The notes under the pieces: model-generated
Told to the model about the DNA's origin: nothing
Databases searched by the model: none
Seen by the model: only the letters and a program-made list of their open reading frames with translations
In this document: positions 1 through 11,100 of the stretch, piece by piece
How the letters are laid out: every line of letters begins with the position of its first letter
Position numbering within the stretch: position 1 is the stretch's first letter
DNA from: an uncultured Acidobacteriota bacterium
GTDB lineage: Bacteria > Acidobacteriota > Thermoanaerobaculia > UBA5066
Length of the DNA stretch: 64,000 bases
Direction: 5' to 3'
Assembly: GCA_963776915.1 (NCBI GenBank)
Contig: CAVZPE010000004.1
Span: 513,812-577,811, forward strand
Translations under genes and position numbers: made by a program

Positions 1-700
1 CGGAGACGAGGGCCGGGGGAAGGCCGGCGAGGTCTTCCTTGCGGTCGACCACGAGCCTGAAGCCGTTCGTCTCCTTCAGGAGGTTGTCGGCGAACTTCAG
101 GCCGAGGACCGACAGCTCCTGGTTGATCTCGCGGAAGCGCTTCTTCTGCTCGGGCGCGAGGTTCGCGCCGCCGCGGACGAAGTCCTTGTACGTCTCCTCG
201 AGGAGCTTCTTCTGCTCGACGGAGAGCGTCAGCTTCTCGCGCGCCTCCCAGACGGCCTTGACCCGTGCGAAGAGCTTCTCGTTCAGGAGGACGTCGTCGC
301 GCAGGGCCGAGAGCTTCGGGGCGATCTCCTTGTTGATCGCCTGGAGCGCGTCGTTCGTGTCGGCGCCCGTGAGCGCGAAGAAGACGTCGCTCACCTTCGC
401 GAGGGCGAGCCCGCCGTTCTCGAGCGCCTCCACCGTGTTCGCGAACGTGGGGGCCGCGGGGTTCGAGGCGATGGCCTCGACTTCCTTCTTCCGCTCGGCG
501 ATCCCGGCCTCGAAGGCCGGCCTGTAGTGCTCGGCCTTGATCCTCTCGAACGGCGGCATCCCGAAGGGCGTCGTCCACTCCTCGAAGAACGGGTTGGAAG
601 CGGGCGGGGCCTGCGCGGCCGCGGGAGCGGCGACGAGCAGAACGGTCACGGCGACGGCGAGACGGGAAACTGCGAGCGGCATGCGCCAGCCCTCCTTCAT
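1..700 (-). CDS. dcp: Peptidyl-dipeptidase Dcp / M3-family oligopeptidase, N-terminal ~233 aa (the rest lies beyond the left edge)
   Basis: It is absent from the ORF track because it runs off the window. My reverse translation from the ATG at 700 reads MKEGWRMPLAVSRLAVAVTVLLVAAPAAAQAPPASNPFFEEWTTPFGMPPFERIKAEHYRPAFEAGIAERKKEVEAIASNP..TFANTVEALENGG..FFALTGADTND. That is a signal peptide followed by a close match to the E. coli Dcp N-terminus as I recall it (NPF..HYRPAF..FNNTILALEQSG..FFAMT..HTND). Confidence 0.75.
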   Translation of the reverse strand, partial: MKEGWRMPLAVSRLAVAVTVLLVAAPAAAQAPPASNPFFEEWTTPFGMPPFERIKAEHYRPAFEAGIAERKKEVEAIASNPAAPTFANTVEALENGGLALAKVSDVFFALTGADTNDALQAINKEIAPKLSALRDDVLLNEKLFARVKAVWEAREKLTLSVEQKKLLEETYKDFVRGGANLAPEQKKRFREINQELSVLGLKFADNLLKETNGFRLVVDRKEDLAGLPPALVS

Positions 701-773
701 GAGACGGTCGTCCGACCTTACTCCGCGCGGCGCGCGCGCCTGATGCAGATGAAGGGAAAGGGCCCGGAAGGAG

Positions 774-850
774 TGGTACCCCCAGAGGGATTCGAACCCT
801 CGATCTCCACCTTGAAAGGGTGGCGTCCTGGGCCGCTAGACGATGGGGGC
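774..850 (-). tRNA. tRNA-Glu (anticodon UUC), CCA encoded
   Basis: The reverse complement GCCCCCATCGTCTAGCGGCCCAGGACGCCACCCTTTCAAGGTGGAGATCGAGGGTTCGAATCCCTCTGGGGGTACCA folds as a cloverleaf. It has a 7-bp acceptor stem, anticodon loop CUUUCAA and a GTTCGAATC T-loop. Confidence 0.9.
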
Positions 851-891
851 ACCCGAGGAACGGCGGATTCTAGCGGCTTTTGGCCCGCGCG

Positions 892-1213
892 TCAGTCCGG
901 CAGGACGAACGCCTGTTCGAAGCGCTTCACGATCTCCTCGACGGAGGTCGGCTTCGTCTCGGGCTTGCGCGAGAAGACGCCCGAGATCTTCTTGAGCACC
1001 GAGGGCTGGGCCTTGGGCTGCGCGGCCTGGACTTCCTTCAGGGCCTGGTGGACCTCGCGCACGACGCGCGGGTGGGGCTCGTGGTCGCTCTTGACCGAGT
1101 GCCTGAGCAGCTCGGCGTTCGAGATCCTCGGGTTCTTGCTCGTCGCGCAGGACCTCGAAGGCCTCCGCTGCCGCGCGCAGGCGGAGACTGCGTTTCGCCG
1201 GGGAAATGACCAT
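892..1213 (-). pseudogene. Small hypothetical protein (~105 aa) with one apparent frame change after ~25 codons
   Basis: A GGAGGA RBS lies 6 nt upstream of the ATG at 1213 (MVISPAKRSLRLRAAAEAFEVLRDE). High-GC3 coding then continues in another frame (KNPRISNAELLRHSVKSDHEPHPRVVREVHQALKEVQAAQPKAQPSVLKKISGVFSRKPETKPTSVEEIVKRFEQAFVLPD, stop at 892). Confidence 0.4.
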
Positions 1214-1379
1214 GGCTTGTCCTCCGGGAGCGAGAACGGGGCTCTTCGAACGGCTTCAACAGGTATGTTACGACACAGACGCCCATCTCCGGTCAAGACG
1301 GGGACAGAGACAGCGGAGGGATGGTGAGCCGGTGTCGGACTCGATCCGACGGGTGCGATGGGTCGCCCGGGTCCGCCCC

Positions 1380-2024
1380 TTACCGCGCGCTCTTCGTCAC
1401 GCCGGACGCCCCCGATTCGGGCCCGCGGTAGAGGAGGCGGACCTCGCCGACGCGGATCTCGTCGCCGTCCGCGAGACGGAGGCGGCCCTCGACGCGGCGG
1501 CTGCCGAGCCACGTGCCGTTCTTGCTCTCGAGGTCCTCGATCTCGACTTTCTCGCCCGAGACGACGAGGCGCGCATGTTCGCGCGAGACGGACGCGTGAC
1601 CGACCCAGACGCTCGAAGAGCGCTCGCGGCCGAGCAGATTTTCTCCCTCGGTCAGCGGCATCTCCTGCGTTCCCCAGACGAGGACGTGGCGGCGGGAGGC
1701 CGGCACCCCGTCCGGGACCTCGTGGACCTCGCCGTCGAACGCGTAGCCGAAGCCGTGCACGGTCCGGAGAAGCGACGACTCGTCCGCCCCGTACCCGAGC
1801 ACCTTGCGGACGTCCTTGACGAGCGCGGCGAGGCTTCCCTCGTTCACGACGACGTCGGGCCAGACGCATTCGAGGATCTCGGCCTTCGAGACCGCGTCGG
1901 GCCTCTTCGAGAGGAGCAGCTCGAGGAGCCGGAACGCCTTCGGCGAGAGACGGATCCGCCGGGGACCGCGGAAGAGAGCCCGGCGGCCCGAGTCGAAGGT
2001 CACGTCGCCGAAGCGAAGCCTCAT
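1380..2024 (-). CDS. Transcriptional regulator with an N-terminal OmpR/PhoB-type winged helix and a C-terminal FHA domain
   Basis: This is an intact 214-aa ORF. RIRLSPKAFRLLELLLSKRPDAVSKAEILECVWP..TVHGFGYAF is a Trans_reg_C-like wHTH. GRERSSSVWVGHASVSREHARLVVSGEKVEIEDLESKNGTW is a typical FHA core. Confidence 0.75.
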   Translation of the reverse strand: MRLRFGDVTFDSGRRALFRGPRRIRLSPKAFRLLELLLSKRPDAVSKAEILECVWPDVVVNEGSLAALVKDVRKVLGYGADESSLLRTVHGFGYAFDGEVHEVPDGVPASRRHVLVWGTQEMPLTEGENLLGRERSSSVWVGHASVSREHARLVVSGEKVEIEDLESKNGTWLGSRRVEGRLRLADGDEIRVGEVRLLYRGPESGASGVTKSAR

Positions 2025-2145
2025 CTCGGTTTCAGAAAAGCTTCATCAGTCTACTAGGACTTCGCGCCCCCTCCGGAGCCACCTTGTCTGCGGGTTTATC
2101 GATTTCACGCGTCCACCGCCGATCCGGGCAGAAAACGGAGGTCCC

Positions 2146-3402
2146 ATGCGTCGCCGCACCCTGCGCACTCTCCTCGTCCCGCTCGCCCTCCTCACGGCCC
2201 TCGCGGCGCCCGCGGACGTCGTGATTCCGTCCTCCGCGTTCTCGGCCGGCCGGAACGCCGCCGAGTTCCACACGGACGTTCGCGTGTTCAACCCGTCGAG
2301 CACGTCGCCCGTGCTCGTGACGCCCTTCTTCTACCAGTCGGACGTCAACGGCAACGTCGTGAACACGGTGGGCGAGCCGGCGTTCGCCGTCGGACCGCGC
2401 GAGCAGGTCTCGTTCGACAACGTGCTCCAGAGCCTCTTCCGGCAGCCGCTCGGGGTCTTCGGCCCGATCCGCTTCGTGGCGAACGCTCCGATCCTCGTCT
2501 CGTCCGGCACGAACAACGTGAACGGCTGCGGCAACGGCTCGGTCTCGGGCCAGTTCATCCCGGGAATGGACACCGGGCAGGCGCTCCGGGCGGGGACCCT
2601 CGTGCAGCTTGCGGCCAGCGCCGGCGGCGCGACCGGATACCGCTCGAACGTCGACTTCATGAACCCGGGCGGCGCGACGGCCCACGTCGCGGTGAAGATC
2701 CGCCGGGGCGACGGCAGCCAGCTCTCGTCCGGGACGTTCTCGGTGGAGCCGAACGGGCTGATCCAGCGACCGATCGACGACGGCGCCGCCTTCCCCGGCG
2801 TGGCGGGCACCACGGACACGAACCTCTGGCTCGAGTTCACGAGCGACCAGCCGGTCGTCGCGTTCGCGTCGGTCATCAACAACGCCTCGGGCGACCCTTA
2901 CGCCGTCGTCATGAGCGCCGAGCCCGACGAACCGGCGGCTGCCCCGGTCGCGAGCTACACCGTCTCGGCCAATCCGGCGCCGGGCCAGGCCGTGACCTTC
3001 ACGGACACATCTTCCAACTCGCCGACGACGCAGCTCTGGGCTTTCGGCGACGGCTCGACGGCGCTCTCCGGAGCGACCGTGCAGCACACGTACGCCGCCG
3101 CCGGGACGTACACGATCGCGCACTTCGTGACGAATGCCGGAGGCGTCGCGGGTGCTACGAAGGACGTCGTCGTGTCGGCCGCGAGAATGTATGTCTTCTC
3201 TGTTAGCGCGACGGCGAGACATGGTACGGGTCTTCACCCCCGCAAACGTGACGTGCAAGGTCGGCGTGCCGTGCCAGATCACGTGGACGATCCAGACAAC
3301 CGGGCGCACGGCGTCGCCGGGCTGGGCGGCTTCGGCGTGCTGACGTGCGATGACGGACAGCCCCTAGACAGCCATCTACGGCGACGCATCCCTGCACCGT
3401 GA
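2146..3402 (+). CDS. Secreted protein with an uncharacterised N-terminal beta-rich domain and a PKD domain
   Basis: I chose the ATG at 2146, which follows GGAG and gives a signal peptide (MRRRTLRTLLVPLALLTALAAPA). The ORF-track start at 1804 is upstream read-through. The PKD signature is YTVSANPAPGQAVTFTDTS..WAFGDGSTA..HTYAAAGTYTIAHFVTNAGG. The last ~70 codons are doubtful (see the next feature). Confidence 0.7.
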   Translation: MRRRTLRTLLVPLALLTALAAPADVVIPSSAFSAGRNAAEFHTDVRVFNPSSTSPVLVTPFFYQSDVNGNVVNTVGEPAFAVGPREQVSFDNVLQSLFRQPLGVFGPIRFVANAPILVSSGTNNVNGCGNGSVSGQFIPGMDTGQALRAGTLVQLAASAGGATGYRSNVDFMNPGGATAHVAVKIRRGDGSQLSSGTFSVEPNGLIQRPIDDGAAFPGVAGTTDTNLWLEFTSDQPVVAFASVINNASGDPYAVVMSAEPDEPAAAPVASYTVSANPAPGQAVTFTDTSSNSPTTQLWAFGDGSTALSGATVQHTYAAAGTYTIAHFVTNAGGVAGATKDVVVSAARMYVFSVSATARHGTGLHPRKRDVQGRRAVPDHVDDPDNRAHGVAGLGGFGVLTCDDGQPLDSHLRRRIPAP

Positions 3403-3490
3403 CGTTCACCCCGACGGGCAGCGGCGTGTGGACTTATTACTGCCCTTCTCGATGGGAACGATGAGCGGGACGATCACCGTCATCCCGTAG
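3190..3490 (+). pseudogene. Cupredoxin (plastocyanin/azurin-like) domain remnant split over three frames
   Basis: The fragments FTPANVTCKVGVPCQITWTIQTTG, AHGVAGLGGFGV, TVTFTPTGSGVWTYYCP and MGTMSGTITVIP* (stop at 3488-3490) lie in different frames. Together they resemble the F.P..v.v..G..V.W.n.....H.v / G.Y.YYC..H..M.G.I.V pattern. Local GC is lower. Confidence 0.4.
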
Positions 3491-3577
3491 CCGATCCACT
3501 CATCGACGCTGGAGGTCCCGCGGCATCGCGCCCTCCTTCTGCTCGTTTCGCTTCGGAACAGGAAAGGAAGTGCTGAC

Positions 3578-5188
3578 GTGAAGAACGCCACTGGACGGTT
3601 TGCGATCTCCTGTCTCGGTGCCTCGATCCTCGCCGCCGCGCTCGCCCTGCCGGCCCGCGCGCAGAAATTCTCGGAATGGTCGGCGCCGGTCAACCTCGGA
3701 CCCGTCGTGAACTCCTCCGGGGACGACACCTGCGATTCCATCTCGAGGGACGGGCTGACCCTGTACTTCGCGAAGGGCCCGGGCGAGCTCACGATGTGGT
3801 TCACGGAGCGTCCGAGCCTCGACGCTCCGTGGGCGGCTCCGCAGAAGCTCCCGGCGACCGTCAATACACCCGGCTCGAACAACTTCTGCGAGACCCTCTC
3901 CGCGGACCTGCACGCCCTCTACTTCATCAGCGACCGCGCGGGGGGCTGCGGGGGCACGGACATGTGGGTCTCGTTCCGCCGTGACACGCACGACAACTTC
4001 GGCTGGGAGGCGCCCGTCAACCTCGGCTGCCAGGTCAACAGCCCGAAGGCCGAATACCGGGTCTCGCCCTTCCAGGGCGAGGACGGGACCGAGTACATCT
4101 ACTTCAGCAGCCTCCGCTCCGGCGGAACCGGCCCGGAAGGCACGTCGGACATCTACGTGAGCCGGAAGCAGGCCGACGGCACGTTCGGGCCGCCGACCGT
4201 CGTCGCCGGGCTCAACTCGGCGGCGAACGAACAGCGTCCGAACGTCCGGGAGCGGGACGGACTCGAGATCTTCTTCGACTCGAACCGGGCGCCGGGACTC
4301 GGCGGACCGGACCTGTGGACGTCGACGCGGGCGAGCCTCTCCGACCCCTGGTCGGCCCCCGTGAACCTCGGCCCGGTCGTGAACAGCTCGGCCACGGACG
4401 CGCGCCCGTCGCTCTCCTGGGACGGCACGGCTCTCTACTTCCACTCGAACCGTCCCGGCGGCTCCGGCGGGGTCGACCTCTGGGTCACGACGCGCACGAA
4501 GCTGACGGGCTACGTCTTCCCGGCTGCCGCGAACGTCGCGGGCATGCACGGCGCGTTCTACAGGACGAGCATGAATCTCCTGAACCTGAATTCGCAGGAG
4601 ATCACGATCTCGGCGGGCCTGATGACGCCGTCCGGCGCATCGGCCTCGAAGTCCATCGTCCTGCCCGCGAACTCCTACAGGACGTACGACAACTTCCTCG
4701 AGGAGGTCTTCGGCTACACGGGCGGCGCCGGGATCTCGCTGTTCGACGCCTCGTCGACTCCCTTCGTCGCGGTGGCCGAGGTCTACACCGCGGGAGCCGC
4801 CGGAAGGCTCTCCATTCCGCTCGCGGGGCTCAACGGCGGCGACGCGGTGGCCGTTGCGGCGAGCGGCGCGACGTCGGTCGTGTCGGGCCTGCGGGTCAAC
4901 GCCGCCACGCGGGCGAATTTCGGCTGCTCCAACCTCGACCCGGTTCCGGCGACGGTTCGGGTCGACTTCAGCGCGATCACGGACGGCGCACCGGCGGCGG
5001 CGGCCACGGACCTGCCCCTGGGCCCGTCGGGGTGGCGACAGGAGGCCGTTCCCATCCCGGGAGACGACATCTTCGCGTTCTTCACCGTGACGTCGGGGGG
5101 CGGCCCGCTCGGCGTCTACTGCTACGGCGTCAACGTGGACAACGTCTCGAACGACGGCACGCTGGTCTCCGCCGTCCGCATGCCCTGA
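3578..5188 (+). CDS. Secreted TolB-like PD40 beta-propeller repeat protein with an uncharacterised C-terminal domain
   Basis: This is an intact 536-aa ORF with a GTG start and a signal peptide (ALALPARA). It has five repeats of the PD40 type (S.DG..LYF.S.R.GG.GG.DLW). The C-terminal ~230 aa are paralogous to the N-terminal domain of the 2146 gene. Confidence 0.75.
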   Translation: MKNATGRFAISCLGASILAAALALPARAQKFSEWSAPVNLGPVVNSSGDDTCDSISRDGLTLYFAKGPGELTMWFTERPSLDAPWAAPQKLPATVNTPGSNNFCETLSADLHALYFISDRAGGCGGTDMWVSFRRDTHDNFGWEAPVNLGCQVNSPKAEYRVSPFQGEDGTEYIYFSSLRSGGTGPEGTSDIYVSRKQADGTFGPPTVVAGLNSAANEQRPNVRERDGLEIFFDSNRAPGLGGPDLWTSTRASLSDPWSAPVNLGPVVNSSATDARPSLSWDGTALYFHSNRPGGSGGVDLWVTTRTKLTGYVFPAAANVAGMHGAFYRTSMNLLNLNSQEITISAGLMTPSGASASKSIVLPANSYRTYDNFLEEVFGYTGGAGISLFDASSTPFVAVAEVYTAGAAGRLSIPLAGLNGGDAVAVAASGATSVVSGLRVNAATRANFGCSNLDPVPATVRVDFSAITDGAPAAAATDLPLGPSGWRQEAVPIPGDDIFAFFTVTSGGGPLGVYCYGVNVDNVSNDGTLVSAVRMP

Positions 5189-5254
5189 GCCTCGGGCCTG
5201 GATCTCCCGAAAGAGCCGCCCTCGCGGGGCGCCATTCCCGTTTGACGATTCGAG

Positions 5255-5278
5255 GAGACCGCCCGGGCAGGCGGTCTC
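5255..5278 (+). terminator. Candidate hairpin terminator after the PD40 gene
   Basis: The stem is GAGACCGCC / GGCGGTCTC (9 bp) with loop CGGGCA, followed only by TT. The U-tract is weak. Confidence 0.4.
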
Positions 5279-5605
5279 TTCGCACGTCGGGCCGGGCTCG
5301 CAGGATCATCGCGACGGTCGTGCCGCGCCGACGCCGCCATGATGCACGTGAATCAGAGGCGCGCAGACCTTCCAGGCATGCTCCAAGTGAAGCCGTGTAC
5401 AAGTCATCCGTGTTCGATCCATGCGGGCCCTTTTGCGCCCGCGCGGATCAGGTCTGATCGCCTGCGTGCCAGAACGCGAGGCTTCGAGCGATCCCTGATC
5501 CGAGAGACCGACGGGCCATAGACTGCCAATGCCTATCGGCCTGACGGAAAGCGCCCTTGCGCCGCCGCTGCGAACGGCTCTTCGAGTCCTCCAGAGGAGG
5601 GTGGC

Positions 5606-8046
5606 GTGAATTCCGACGACGCGAAAGACAGACACGACCCCGAGCCCCGAATCGCTTCCCGACACCGCCGGACGGTTCGGCGCCCATTCGGGAGAACCGA
5701 CCGCGACAGGGGCGGCGGGACCGTCCTTCGACGAGACGCTTCCTCCGGGAACCCGGGCTGGCTCGTACGTGATCCAGCGTCCGCTGGGCCGGGGAGGAAT
5801 GGGCGAGGTCTACGAAGCGCGCGACGAACGTCTCGGGCGATGCGTCGCCCTCAAGTTCCTGCCGGTCCGTTATGCCGACGATCGCGACGCGCTCGAACGC
5901 TTCGCGCGGGAGGCGCGGGCCGTCTCGTCCCTGAATCACCCGAACATCTGCACGATCCACGACGTCGGTGACCATGGCGGCCGGCCCTTCTTCGTCATGG
6001 AGCGGCTCGAAGGCATGACCCTGAAGGATCGCATCGGGGCCGGACCCGCGCCCGCCGGACGACGTGATCGGCGTCGGCATCCAGCTCGCCGACGCGCTTG
6101 CCGCGGCGCACGCCCGGGGCATCGTCCATCGCGACATCAAGCCGGCGAACATCTTCGTGACGACTCACGGCGAGACGAAGGTGCTCGACTTCGGGCTCGC
6201 CAAGCTGATCGCCGAGCCGCGGCCGGGCGCGCCGGCGGCCGCAAAGCCGCCCGAGGCGGCGTTCGCCGGGTCCGATTTGCTGACGTTCCCCGGCGCGACG
6301 CTGGGCACGATCGCGTACATGTCGCCGGAACAGGCGCGAGGCGAGGCGGTGGACGCGCGGACCGACCTGTTCTCGCTCGGGGTCGTGCTCTACGAGATGG
6401 CGACGGGCTTCCGGCCGTTCCGGGGCAACAGCGCGGAGGCCGTGCTGGAGGCGATCAGGACGGGGAAGCCGACGTGTCCCACGGCCTCGGGTTGTCAGAT
6501 CGTGCCCGCGCTCGAGCGCGTGATTCTGAAATCCCTCGAGAAGGACCCGGCGCTGCGATACCAGTCGGCCGCCGAGATTCACAAGACACTCTCGGAGCTT
6601 CGACGGACGCGTGCGCTCAAGACCCGGCGCTGGATCGTCGTGAGCGCCGGCGCCGCGGCGGCGGCGCTCACGGCCGGCGCGTACCTCGGCCGGAGGCTCA
6701 TCTGGACTCCCGGCCGGGTGATGGTGGCCGTCCTGCCGCTCGAGGATCTCGGGAAGGATCCCGAGCAAGCCTACTTCGCCGAGGGGCTGCACGAGGAGCT
6801 CATCTCGGTCGTCGGACGGCTCTACCCGGACCGCCTCGGCGTCATCGGAAGCAGCTCGGTGCGCCAGTACACGGGAGCGAACAAGCGAATCGACCAGATC
6901 GGGCGGGAACTCCACGTGACCTATGTCGTCGACGGCAGCGTGCGCCGGGAGGGCACCCGCGTCCGGATCTCGGCGAAGCTGATCCGCGTCGAGGACAAGG
7001 TGCAGGTCTGGGCCGAGACGTACGACCGCGACCTCGTCCAGATCCTCGCCCTCCAGTCCGACGTCGCCCAGTCCGTCGCCCAGGGGATCGAGCGGACCCT
7101 CAGGCCGAGCCCGCAGGTCCGGCTCGCGCTGGCACGGCCCGTGAGCCCGCAGGCCTACGAGGCCCATCTGCGCGGAGAGGACGAGAAGGCGATCGCCATC
7201 GATCCGGGCTACGCGCCCGCGTACGCGGGTCTGGCCGGAAGCCTCTACTACCAGGGCCTGTTCGGAGCGGGCCCGCCACGGGAGATCTTCGAGAGAGTGC
7301 GGCGCGCCTCCCGGAGGGCCATCGAGCTCGACCCGACGCTCGCGGATCCCTACGCCTCTCTTGCCCTTGCCGAGATTCACACGCAGGGGAGATGGCGCGA
7401 AGCCGAGAAGGACTTTCAGCGCGCCGTCCAGCTCGAGCCCAGCAACGCCCACGTGCGCCACGAATACGCCCATTTCCTGCTCTGCCTCGGCCGAACGCGG
7501 GACTCGGCCGAGGAGTGCAGGCGGGCGGTGGAGCACGCCCCCTTCGACTCGATGGCCATCAGCTGTTTCGGCTGGCACGAGCTCCTCGCCGGTAACTTCC
7601 CGGGAGCGGTCGAACAGGCTCGCCGCGCCCTGGCGCTCGACGCCTCCAACGTGTGGGCGCTCGTCGTCATGGGATGGGGCTACGAGCAGCTCGGACGGTA
7701 TCCGGAGGCCCTCTCGACCTTCAAGACGGGGAAGGACCTCCTGCAGCTGCGAACGGCGGCCCTCGCCCACGTGCTGGCCCGATCCGGAAACCGCTCCGGC
7801 GCCGAGCAGCTTCTTTCGGGACTGCTCGAAGAGTCCAGGAGCAAGTACGTTTCGGCCTACGACATCGCGGTCGTCCACGAGGGCCTCGGGAACGTCGATC
7901 GCGCCTTCGACTGGCTGAACAAGGCCTGCGACGAGGAATCCGGCTTCATGCCGTACGTGAACACGGACCCGCGCCTGACGGCGCTGCACGGGGACCGGCG
8001 CTACAAGGACCTCCTGGGCCGGATGGGCCTCCCGTCGGTCGCGTAG
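5606..8046 (+). pseudogene. Ser/Thr protein kinase with a TM segment, a periplasmic TolB-N/CsgG-like module and TPR repeats; frame-disrupted as assembled
   Basis: ORF pieces 5769-7595 ([19 protein letters not shown]) and 6064-8046 ([26 protein letters not shown], then a TM segment and TPR) join across a frame change near 6045. The N-terminus is uncertain. GGAGG followed by GTG at 5606 is in a third frame, which suggests another change near 5650-5700. Confidence 0.75.
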
Positions 8047-8158
8047 CGTGCGCGAGCGGCGGATGCATTTGATTCAGTGAACAATTGGAGGGCGTTGGCA
8101 CCATGCAAAGCCCGGCACGCTACCTTCTTGGCGAGGGCCAGCTTCTGACGGCACGCCG

Positions 8159-11100
8159 ATGAGTTTCTCCGCCGGCGCGAAGCTCGGGCCGTTTGAGATT
8201 GAGAGCCAGCTGGGCGCAGGCGGGATGGGAGAGGTCTACATTGCGACGGACGCGCGGCTCGGGAGGACGGTGGCGCTCAAGATCCTGCCCGAGATCTTCC
8301 GGGAGGGCGAAGGGCGGAGGCAGCGGTTCGAGCGAGAGGCGAGGCTGCTCGCGAGCCTGAACCACCCCAACATCGCGGTCGTCTACTCGTTCGAGGAAAT
8401 TTCGGGTTCCTCTGCGTCTCCGGCGGCGCGGCACGTCCTCTCCATGGAGCTTCTCGAGGGCGAGAGCCTGCGGGAGGTGCTGACCCACCGAACGCCGACG
8501 ACACGACAAGTGCTTTCGTGGGGACTCCAGGCGGCGCAGGGGCTCTCCTCCGCGCACCAGAAGGGAATCGTCCACAGGGACATCAAGCCGGAAAACCTGT
8601 TTCTGACGACGGACGGCCGCCTCAAGATCCTCGACTTCGGCCTCGCCAAGCTGGTCACTCCGACGGCGGGCACGGAAGGAGGGACGGCGACGGGCCTGAG
8701 CCAGGCCGGACAGATCCTGGGGACGGTCGCCTACATGTCGCCCGAGCAGGTGGAGGCCGGGGAGGTGGACCACCGCTCCGATCTCTTCTCGCTGGGAATC
8801 GTCCTCTATGAGCTGCTGTCGCGTGCGCACCCCTTCCGGCGCCCGTCTGTCCCGGCCACGCTAACGGCGATCCTGCACGACGCACCTCTCGAGCTCTCGG
8901 TCAGGCAGCCGGGGCTCCCACCGGCCGTCGAGAGGATCGTCGGCCGGTGCCTCGAGAAAGAGCGGGAGGACCGGTTCCAGTCGGCCCGCGACCTCGCGAC
9001 GGCTCTCGAAACGGCGCTGGAAGGGGGAAAAGCGGCGGCGGCGCTCGGCGAAGTCGAGGAGAAGAGCCCGTATCCGGGGCTCTTGTCCTTCACCGAGGAG
9101 GACGCCGCGCGCTTCTTCGGCCGCGAGGCGGAGGTCGCCGCGCTCTGGAAAAGGCTGCGCGAGCGGAACCTCCTCGCGGTCATCGGACCCTCGGGGGCGG
9201 GCAAGACGTCCTTCGTCCGCGCGGGCGTGGCGGCCGCGCGGCCGGAGGGCTGGGCCGCCATCGTGACGACGCCGGGCGTCTCTCCGTTGCGCGAGCTCGG
9301 CCGGGCGCTCGGCCCCCACCTCGCGAACGACCCGGAGGCGCTCCGCGAGCTCGCGGCCTTCGAGGACGGCGAGACGGCCTTCCGGCTTCTGTCGCGCTGG
9401 AGGAGAAATCACGACGAGGCCCTCGTCGTGGTCGACCAGTTCGAGGAGCTCTTCACCCTCAACCCTCCCGAGACCCAGGAGCGACTCGCTTCGCTTCTCG
9501 GCAGGCTCGCGAACGAAGCGGGCGTCCACGTCCTCCTCTCCTTCCGGGACGACTTCCTGATGCGCTGTCTCGAGCCCGGGGCTCTCGCGCCCGTCTTCAG
9601 GGAGCTGACGCCGCTCCGCCCGATGACGCGCGAAGGGCTGAAGAGGGCGCTGGTCGAGCCGGCGCTGAGGCAGGGCTACCGATTCGAGGACGAGGCGCTC
9701 GTGGACGAGATGGTGGGCGAGGTCGAAGGGGCGCGCACCGCCCTGCCGCTCCTGGCCTTTGCCGTTTCGAGACTGTGGGAGAGACGGAAGCCCGAGCAGA
9801 AGCTCCTGACGCGCGAGGCATACGTCGAGATCGGCGGCGTGGCCGGCGCTCTGGCCCGGCACGCCGAGGAAACGCAGGAGCGGATCGGTCTCGACATGGA
9901 GAAGACCGTCCGCGAGCGTCTTCCGGAATCTGACGACCGCCCAGGGGACACGTGCGGTGCTGGACCGCGAGGAGCTCCTCTCGGCGGTGACCGACCGGGT
10001 GGCGGCGGAAGCCGTTCTGACGAAGCTGATCGACGCGCGGCTCCTGACCTCGTGGGAGACGGAGGCGGCCGAGGGCCAGCCGGCGCGTCACCAGATCGAG
10101 ATCGTCCACGAGTCGCTCCTCTCGGCCTGGCCGCGCCTCGTGCGCTGGCAGACGCAGGACGCCGACGGGGCGCAGCTGAGGGACCAGCTGCGGCAGGCGG
10201 CGCACCTGTGGGAGGAGAGGGGAAAGGCCGACGACCTGCTCTGGACCGGGACGTCGTACCTCGACTACCGGGCCTGGCGGGCGCGTTACCCGGGCAAGCT
10301 GTCGTCGCTCGAGGAGGACTTCTCGGGGTCGATGAAGGCCCTGGCGGAGCGGACGAGGCGCAGAAAGCGCGTGGCCTTCGGCTCCGTCCTCGTGGCGATG
10401 TCTGTCGTGGCGTGCGTCATGGCGGCGCTCTGGGGCCGGAGCCAGGCGGCCAGAAGGAGGGCCGAGGCGAGCAAGCTCCTCGCGCTGGCCCAGCTCGACG
10501 TCGACACCGACCCTGCCGCGGCGCTCGCGTACGTCACGAAGAGCGTGGAGCTGGACGACACGCAGGCGGCCCGGTTCTTCGCCCTTCGCCTCCTGCAGAC
10601 GGCGCCGGTCGCGAGCGAGCTGCACGGTGTGGCGGCGCCGGCGTTCAGCCCGAACGGCGAATGGCTCGCGGTCGCGCAGGAGCACGAGGATCCTTCTCCT
10701 GAATCAGGATGGCCGGCAGCCCGTCACGATCGACCCCGGCGAGCTTTCTCCAGGCGAGTGTCCAGGCGCTCGAATTCGGACGCGACAACAAGGTCCTCGC
10801 CGTCGGCTTTCGGGATGAACTCCGGCTTCTGTCGATACCCGACGGCCGTCAGATCGGACGCGTCAAGTACTCGGTGTCCACCGACGACTTGAATCATGTC
10901 CTTCAGACGCGCCTGCCGGATCGCAGGCAAGAGAGAAGGCAACCGCTGGACGTTCTTCAGGCGGCCCTGGGACCTCGGGCAACAGCAGCCGATCGGGACG
11001 CTGGACCTCTCCTCTCGGGGAATAGTCGACTTCGCGGGAGACCTCACGGCAATGGCCTACGCGCTCGGCCGGAGGATCTATGTGAGGTCATCCAGACGAA

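Noticed and set aside
5995-7989. A 664-aa minus-strand ORF antisense to the first kinase gene.
   Set aside because: It is Arg/Gly/Pro/Glu-rich and low-complexity, with no motifs. It is fully antisense to a gene with clear kinase and TPR motifs. It is a typical high-GC shadow ORF.
8396-8414. TCGTTCGAGGAAATTTCGG (FEEISGSS) in the second kinase as a definite repeat copy.
   Set aside because: It is a single degenerate match with no partner core. It is mentioned only as a possible outlier.
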